A DNA stretch of 64,000 nucleotides from the NCBI GenBank assembly GCA_963737265.1, contig CAVTRY010000023.1, positions 288,001-352,000 of the forward strand. The letters run 5' to 3'. The position numbers and the translations under genes were made by a program. This DNA comes from an uncultured delta proteobacterium. GTDB lineage: Bacteria; Myxococcota_A; Polyangia; Fen-1088. Below the pieces are notes generated by a model, which did not search any database, was not told where the DNA came from, and saw only the letters and a program-made list of their open reading frames with translations. Shown here piece after piece: positions 58,218 to 64,000 of this stretch; position 1 is the stretch's first letter; every line of letters begins with the position of its first letter.

Positions 58218-58421
58218 ATCCCGCGACAAGCGCAGCGACGTTGCGGAAGGAGGCGGAAAATGGCGGCTTTCCAAGGTGGACGCGTCACCCAGTTGGAGCG
58301 ATGAATGGTGGTCGTAAGCGGCGTCGTGGTCGTGGCCCTGGCCGTGGCCGACGGTGATCACTCCGGCCACGGCCCCTTCATAGTCGGCCACGACCACGAC
58401 CTTCTGCGCCTATCGCGGGAT
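58218..58421. mobile_element. MITE-like dispersed repeat, copy 2, with 18-bp terminal inverted repeats
   Basis: Left ATCCCGCGACAAGCGCAG versus reverse complement of right end ATCCCGCGATAGGCGCAG (16/18). Confidence 0.7.
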
Positions 58422-58532
58422 TTCGGAGAGCTGCGCGATGCATGGTTGGTCCACGGACAACGCACAGAGACTATCGGGGCTTGCCGCCGCCCTTCCCGAC
58501 TTCCCCGCTATCCCGAAGTTACCCACGCGATG

Positions 58533-60896
58533 CTATCGCGAGGCAGCCTGGGATTTGACTTCGGCCAAGCGGCGCTTAACGTCGCGAAAATTCCCATCCC
58601 GCTTGGAGACGCGCTCGAAATAATAAAGCGCCTCGCTGTGGTCGCCGAGGTTGTAGAAGACCGTTCCCAATTGGTAGTAAAGCTGCGTCGCTTCCGCGAC
58701 TGTCGCGGTGGGACGTTTCAGCGCGTCTTGATAGCAGCGAATGGCTTCCGCGGATTCGCCCAGCGCCTCGGAGCACTCGCCGATCATCGTCAGGGCAAAC
58801 ACCTCGCGCCGAGGATCTTCCATCACCGCCTTGAAGTGCGCGATGGCTGCTCCGTAGCGCTCCATCGTCTTTTCCATGATACCCAGATCCGCGTGCGTGT
58901 CGATGTCGTGCGCGGCCTCCCCGGGCGCGCCCCCACTTCCGGGAATCGCCTGTCTGCCGGTGCTCCGGGTCGACTCCGCCAGCTCGCCGTGGGCTTGAGC
59001 TGGCACGGCCCCCTGCGAGGAGGCCGACGACGCCCCGAGGACAGCCAGCTTCTCGCGCCGGTCGGCCACCAGGATGTGACCCGGTAACCTCGCGTCCAGG
59101 TCGTCGAGCATGGCCGAGGCTTCGTCCGTCAGCCCTTGCTCGATGAAGAAATCGACCTGCTCCAGATCGGCGAGAAAAGCATCGTCCGAGCCCGAGACCG
59201 CGCTCGATGATTCCGCGATTACATCCGGCGCAGGCGTGTCATGCACTTCCCCATCCGGGGCGACCGGAAGATCGCCCTGCGTTCTCTCGGGACCGACGTC
59301 AGGGACCGCACCGCTCTCGCTCCCGAACGCTTCGGCCTCGGGTATCTCGCCGAGCAATTCCACCTCGCCGCTACCGAGCATCTCGGGCTCGGGGGTTCCC
59401 ATGCCGAGGTCCATCGAGTCCGAACGCTCGGCACCGGCCTCGGACGTCCCCGGCAGCGCGCCTTCGACGATGCCGAGAACTTCCAAAGCCCGCCGCGCCG
59501 ACGGATTCAAGTCGATGGCTTTTCGCGCATACACCGCGGCAGTCCTGGGCTTGCTGGTGAGCACCTGCTGCGCCAGCACCTCGTACTCGGCGGCAGCCTC
59601 GGCTTTGCGGTCAAGCTGCACCAGAACCGCGGCCAGTCGTTCGTGTGCGCCCTGGTGGGTCGGCACGCGCTCGAACACGCGACGCAGGTGATCGGCCGCG
59701 CGCTCGACCAAACCATATTTCACGAACACATCGGCCTCGGCCAGGATGCGTTTGACCTCGGCGTCGTCGTCCTCCTTCTCCACCATGCCGGTGGCTATGC
59801 TGATCCGCTCGGACATGCTGGCCGGCAGAGGCTCGGCCGGCAACGTCACGTACTTGTTGCGTAACGCCGCTGGCACCTCCATCTCGCTGAACGTGATCGC
59901 AACCGAACGCTTGCCCAGGCTGGTCGTGGGCAGGGGCACGGGCGCCGGCGTGATCAGCCTAACCCCGGACCGCGGGTGCGGAGTCCTACCCGAACTGCCG
60001 TGAGGCCTGCCAAGCAGCTCCTGCATCTCGGCGTCGTTGGGATCCATGGCTAGAACGCGCTGGGCGGCCTGATTGCGCTCGCTAATGCGGCCGCTCTCGG
60101 TATACACGCGAGCCAGTTCTTTGAGAACCGGCAAGCTCTTGTGCGGCTGCCCGAGCTGGTCGAAGGTTCGCGCGAGAAGATCCAAAACCTCGGGATCGCG
60201 TTGGTTTGCCTCGAACACCGCTTTTAGCCGCCCAAGAGCGCCGCGCGCATTGTTGTGGTCGAGGTATTTCGCGGCCACTTCCTTGGCCATGGCGTGGTTG
60301 TCGGGTTCGTAGTGCAAAAGCCGTTCGGCGACACGCAGGAACTCCTCGCTGCGCCCCTGGGCCTTGAGCAACCGCGCAGCTTCACCGAACTCGGCGACAG
60401 CTTCCTGCACCGCCCCGGTCTGGGCCGCGAGCTCCGCGTAGCGAATATGGGGGCTCGGCTGATCGGGATTGAGCTCGATGATTTGCTTGATCGCGGCCAG
60501 CGCCGCATGCAGGCGGTTGGACTTCTGGTGCAGCACCGCCGCCTGCTCAAGCTGCTGCACGGCATCTGAAAGCAACCCAAGCTGGCGGAAAACATCGGCA
60601 AGCTTGATGCGGGCATCGACGAAGTCGGGCGACAGCTTGATGATGTTCTTGTAGACGGCGACGGCACGTTGAAAGAAACCCTGCTCCACGTAGAGGTCGA
60701 CCGTCTTCTGGTAGACCTCCGTGGCCTTCTCGGTCTGTCCGAGCCTTACATGCACCTCGGCCATACGAAGCCAGGTGCGCGTGTCCTTCGCGTCTTCCTT
60801 GACGGCTTGTTGGAATTCCGTCAGGGCTTTCTCGAAGCTTCCGCGCTCCAAAAACTTCTGTGCCGCTGCAAGGTACTTGTCTTTCTTGGTTACCAC
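58533..60896 (-). CDS. TPR protein, SgmX-like architecture (N-terminal TPRs, acidic linker, C-terminal TPRs)
   Basis: TPR repeats; LAEADVFVKYGL and VDFFIEQGL modules; position downstream of accC recalls the Myxococcus mglC-accB-accC-sgmX order (from memory). Confidence 0.7.
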   Translation of the reverse strand: MVTKKDKYLAAAQKFLERGSFEKALTEFQQAVKEDAKDTRTWLRMAEVHVRLGQTEKATEVYQKTVDLYVEQGFFQRAVAVYKNIIKLSPDFVDARIKLADVFRQLGLLSDAVQQLEQAAVLHQKSNRLHAALAAIKQIIELNPDQPSPHIRYAELAAQTGAVQEAVAEFGEAARLLKAQGRSEEFLRVAERLLHYEPDNHAMAKEVAAKYLDHNNARGALGRLKAVFEANQRDPEVLDLLARTFDQLGQPHKSLPVLKELARVYTESGRISERNQAAQRVLAMDPNDAEMQELLGRPHGSSGRTPHPRSGVRLITPAPVPLPTTSLGKRSVAITFSEMEVPAALRNKYVTLPAEPLPASMSERISIATGMVEKEDDDAEVKRILAEADVFVKYGLVERAADHLRRVFERVPTHQGAHERLAAVLVQLDRKAEAAAEYEVLAQQVLTSKPRTAAVYARKAIDLNPSARRALEVLGIVEGALPGTSEAGAERSDSMDLGMGTPEPEMLGSGEVELLGEIPEAEAFGSESGAVPDVGPERTQGDLPVAPDGEVHDTPAPDVIAESSSAVSGSDDAFLADLEQVDFFIEQGLTDEASAMLDDLDARLPGHILVADRREKLAVLGASSASSQGAVPAQAHGELAESTRSTGRQAIPGSGGAPGEAAHDIDTHADLGIMEKTMERYGAAIAHFKAVMEDPRREVFALTMIGECSEALGESAEAIRCYQDALKRPTATVAEATQLYYQLGTVFYNLGDHSEALYYFERVSKRDGNFRDVKRRLAEVKSQAASR

Positions 60897-61128
60897 CTGC
60901 TGAAGTCCGTATGCACAGTGTTACCAGGAACGTAACCCGTGTAAAGAAGCGTCCCGATATTCGCTTGCCATCGGGACTTCAGCAAGGAGCCTCTTGTCAA
61001 TCTCTTTGCCTCGACCGGCGACGCCACAACGCCGGCTATTGGCTAGGGACGAATGTCTAACGCACTCGAACGCCCAGCATCCAATCCTGACCGGTCGAAG
61101 GCGAGCCCCTTCCGTGCCGGCAGCTACG

Positions 61129-62451
61129 CTAGAGACGTTCGAGAAAATGGGTGTCGAATCGACCTCCAATAAAATCAGGGTGATTCAGAACCCTTCGGTG
61201 CAGATCGCAGTTGGTCTTGATGCCTTCGACCACGACCTCGTCCAAGGCTCGCCTCATGCGCGCCAACGCCACATGCCGGTTTTCTCCGTGCGCAATTAGC
61301 TTGGCGAGGAGCGAGTCGTAAAACGGAGGAACGCGGTAGTGCGCGTAAATATGCGTGTCGACGCGGATGCCGATGCCGCCGGGCAGGTTGAGCGCGGTGA
61401 TCGTCCCGGGCGAAGGCGCGAAGGTCACTGGATCCTCGGCGTTGATGCGCAGCTCGATGGCGTGGCCGCGTGGCCGCATTCCAGGGGGCAGGTGAAGCGG
61501 ATCGCCGGCCGCCAAACGCATCTGTTCGCGCACGAGATCGATGCCGAATACAGCCTCGGTCACCGTGTGCTCGACCTGGATACGGGTGTTCATTTCGATG
61601 AAGTAGAATTGCTTCTGCTCGTCGAGCAGGAACTCGAGCGTGCCGACGGTCTTGTAGCCGATGGCCTCGGTGGCTTTGCGCGCGGCCCGCAGAAGCTCGA
61701 CCCGACGAGCGTCATCGATCGCGACCGAGGGTGCCTCTTCGATGAGCTTCTGGTGCCGTCGCTGAATCGAGCATTCACGTTCCCCGATGGCGATGGCCGA
61801 CTGGCCGTCGCCCAGCACCTGGACCTCGATGTGGCGAGGTCGCCCGATGTAGCGCTCAACATACACAGCCGGGTTGTTAAAGCCCGCCTGGGCCTCGCTG
61901 CGCGCAGCCGCCAACTGCGCAAACAGCCTGCTCTTGTCCTCGACGATCTTCATGCCGCGCCCGCCGCCACCGCCGGTCGCCTTGATGATCACGGGAAAGC
62001 CGATGCGCTCGACCGCCTCTTCGGCCTGGGCGTCGGTTTCGATGATGGGACTGCCGGGAACCACCGGAACGCCGGCCGCTTCCATGGCACGCCGGGCGGA
62101 CACCTTGTCCCCCATCGTGCGCATGACCTCGGGCTGGGGGCCGATCCAGTGCAAGCCGCACTTCTGCACAACCTCGGCGAATTCGGCGTTCTCGGCTAGA
62201 AAACCATAACCGGGGTGGATGGCGTCGGCGCCCGTGACCTCGGCCGCACTGATGAGGGCGGGAATGTTGTTGTAACTCTGCCGCGCCGGCGGCGGTCCGA
62301 TGCAGACCTTTTCGTCGGCGAATCGAACGTGCAAGGAATCCGCATCCGCGGTGGAATGAACCGCCACGGAGCGCAGACCGAGATCCCGACAGGCGCGGAT
62401 CACTCGCAGGGCGATCTCGCCCCGATTCGCTATGAGAACCTTTTTGAACAC
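61129..62451 (-). CDS. accC: Acetyl-CoA carboxylase biotin carboxylase
   Basis: [48 protein letters not shown]. Confidence 0.97.
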   Translation of the reverse strand: MFKKVLIANRGEIALRVIRACRDLGLRSVAVHSTADADSLHVRFADEKVCIGPPPARQSYNNIPALISAAEVTGADAIHPGYGFLAENAEFAEVVQKCGLHWIGPQPEVMRTMGDKVSARRAMEAAGVPVVPGSPIIETDAQAEEAVERIGFPVIIKATGGGGGRGMKIVEDKSRLFAQLAAARSEAQAGFNNPAVYVERYIGRPRHIEVQVLGDGQSAIAIGERECSIQRRHQKLIEEAPSVAIDDARRVELLRAARKATEAIGYKTVGTLEFLLDEQKQFYFIEMNTRIQVEHTVTEAVFGIDLVREQMRLAAGDPLHLPPGMRPRGHAIELRINAEDPVTFAPSPGTITALNLPGGIGIRVDTHIYAHYRVPPFYDSLLAKLIAHGENRHVALARMRRALDEVVVEGIKTNCDLHRRVLNHPDFIGGRFDTHFLERL

Positions 62452-62568
62452 GCGTACACCGTCCGTGAGCTTCTATTGCGGCAGTCGCGGAGCCGGCGGC
62501 GGGCAGAGGAAGACTCCTCGACTGCCGCCTTGTTGCATCCGGTACTCCACAACGTCAGCGATGAATCC

Positions 62569-63093
62569 CTACGCCTTTTCGATGCGAAACAGGGGCTGGC
62601 CGTACTCGACGTGCTCCGCATTCTTGACCAGGATTTCAAGAATCTTCCCGTCGAATTCCGACTCGATCTCATTCATGAGCTTCATCGCCTCGACGATGCA
62701 GACCACCTGTCCCTTGCGTACCGCCTGTCCGACCTCCGCAAACGGCGGCGCCTCGGGCGACGGCGCGCGATAAAACGTACCGACGAAGGGCGAGGTCAAC
62801 ACCGCCCCAATCTCGACCGCCTTCGTGGCCTTGTCGGGCGCGGCAACCGAGTGAACCACGGATGGAGGCGGCAGCGGCGCCGAGACGGTCACGGGCGCAC
62901 CGGCCGCACGACGAACGATGCGGGCGCCGCCGCAGGCATCCACCTCGATCTCGGCCAGATCGAACTCGGTGGCGATCTCAGCCAGCTCGCGCAGTTTGTC
63001 GAGATCGACAGGTTGGCAGTTACACGCGATGTCCTCGCGGGGCACCGAAGACGTTTTCTTGGCACCGGCGACGGGGGCCTTGCGTTTGCTCAT
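62569..63093 (-). CDS. accB: Biotin carboxyl carrier protein
   Basis: [21 protein letters not shown]. Confidence 0.95.
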   Translation of the reverse strand: MSKRKAPVAGAKKTSSVPREDIACNCQPVDLDKLRELAEIATEFDLAEIEVDACGGARIVRRAAGAPVTVSAPLPPPSVVHSVAAPDKATKAVEIGAVLTSPFVGTFYRAPSPEAPPFAEVGQAVRKGQVVCIVEAMKLMNEIESEFDGKILEILVKNAEHVEYGQPLFRIEKA

Positions 63094-63656
63094 TTTTTCG
63101 CGGCTCCTTTCTTAGACGAAGTCGCGACACGCGACTTGAAATGGAACGAATCGGATAAACCCGACGAGACGCCGTCGCCTGGTCGCTGCCCAAGCACCAG
63201 CCTGGCCAGTGCATCGAGCGCCAGACGGTAACCTATCGCACCCAGACCTGCAATCTGCCCGAGACAGATCGGCGCAAGCAACGAGCGGTGGCGGAAGTCT
63301 TCGCGCGTGTAGAGATTCGACAGGTGCACTTCTACCGTGGGAATCTTGACGGCGGCGATCGCGTCGCGCAATGAGACGCTGGTGTGGGTCAGGCCGCCCG
63401 CATTGACGATGAGCCCTGCCGCGTTACCGCTTGCCTGTTGAACGCGATCGATGAGAGCGCCCTCGTGATTGGACTGAAAGGTTTCGACCGCGACGCCGAG
63501 ATCCTGCCCGTGGGTTGTGAGATCGGCGTCGATTTCGCCGAGGCTGGTGCGGCCATAGATGTGCGGCTCGCGCGACCCGAGCAGATTCAGGTTGGGTCCG
63601 TGGATGACCACGATCACCGGCCGCGACGCCGTCCTTGCGCGCTTTTCCTCGGTCAC
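63090..63656 (-). CDS. aroQ: Type II 3-dehydroquinate dehydratase
   Basis: [41 protein letters not shown]. Confidence 0.95.
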   Translation of the reverse strand: MTEEKRARTASRPVIVVIHGPNLNLLGSREPHIYGRTSLGEIDADLTTHGQDLGVAVETFQSNHEGALIDRVQQASGNAAGLIVNAGGLTHTSVSLRDAIAAVKIPTVEVHLSNLYTREDFRHRSLLAPICLGQIAGLGAIGYRLALDALARLVLGQRPGDGVSSGLSDSFHFKSRVATSSKKGAAKK

Positions 63657-64000
63657 AATTCGGCCCGGATCTGCGGCGCCAGCAGTCGCATCAAGTAGCG
63701 GGCCTTGCCGAAATTTGACTCGGGTTTGAGCGCGCAGGCAATGAAATACTCGTCGTTGAGGAGGAACACCAAGACAACCAGCTTGTCGGCCTTGAGGGTT
63801 AGCTCGTGAAGTTGCCCGACATCGAGCTGCGCGGCCGCCTTCCGCACTTGCCCGACAGCGTGGGCTAGCTCCATTCCCGCGGTCTGGATGTCGAAGCCGT
63901 CTTGGCCTTCGTCGTCGCCTGCCTTGGTATAGGAATCGACCGAGATTCCGTCGAAGCCCATCAGAATGCCCGCCACCCCTCCGGCCAGGCGATCCACCAT
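63653..64000 (-). CDS. Roadblock/LC7 protein, MglC-like (5' end off window)
   Basis: GILMGFDGISVD..LNDEYF..NFGKARY; gene order. Confidence 0.7.
   Translation of the reverse strand: MVDRLAGGVAGILMGFDGISVDSYTKAGDDEGQDGFDIQTAGMELAHAVGQVRKAAAQLDVGQLHELTLKADKLVVLVFLLNDEYFIACALKPESNFGKARYLMRLLAPQIRAEL

Overview
GC-rich bacterial chromosome segment, most likely Myxococcota (Polyangia-like). This is inferred from a MYXO-CTERM protein, a kinase-ATPase-TPR protein, an FHA-sigma54 activator and the roadblock-aroQ-accB-accC-TPR gene order. 1-8.3 kb is a polyphosphate/Pho cluster (ppk1, ppx, ornithine-lipid-type acyltransferase, PhoB-like regulator, ppk2) with four Pho-box-like repeats. It is followed by pgk, two tRNA-Ser genes, the GGGtGRT/NifU-like pair, a ppc gene broken three times at an identical 9-mer, and a repeat-bounded FIST/CheA-like insert. 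Further on are GT-C-like membrane proteins, GH5, MFS, SIR2-like, nfnAB, hemF, tRNA-Leu, giant TPR proteins and accBC/aroQ. The most notable region is 33-45 kb. There a Ser/Thr kinase-ATPase-TPR gene converges on an unannotated 22-aa peptide gene (MANKKGLKVKSKVRSGGGHWPH) with a strong RBS and palindromic upstream operators. Next to it is a lower-GC cassette (PaaK-like ligase with possible RRE, cysteine desulfurase, degenerate NUDIX-methyltransferase) bounded by ~97-bp direct repeats of a tRNA-Arg promoter/5' end, then an FHA-sigma54 activator. Together these form a candidate undescribed RiPP or peptide-signalling system. A two-copy MITE-like element and several gene remnants were also found. 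All family calls are from motif recognition, not database searches.
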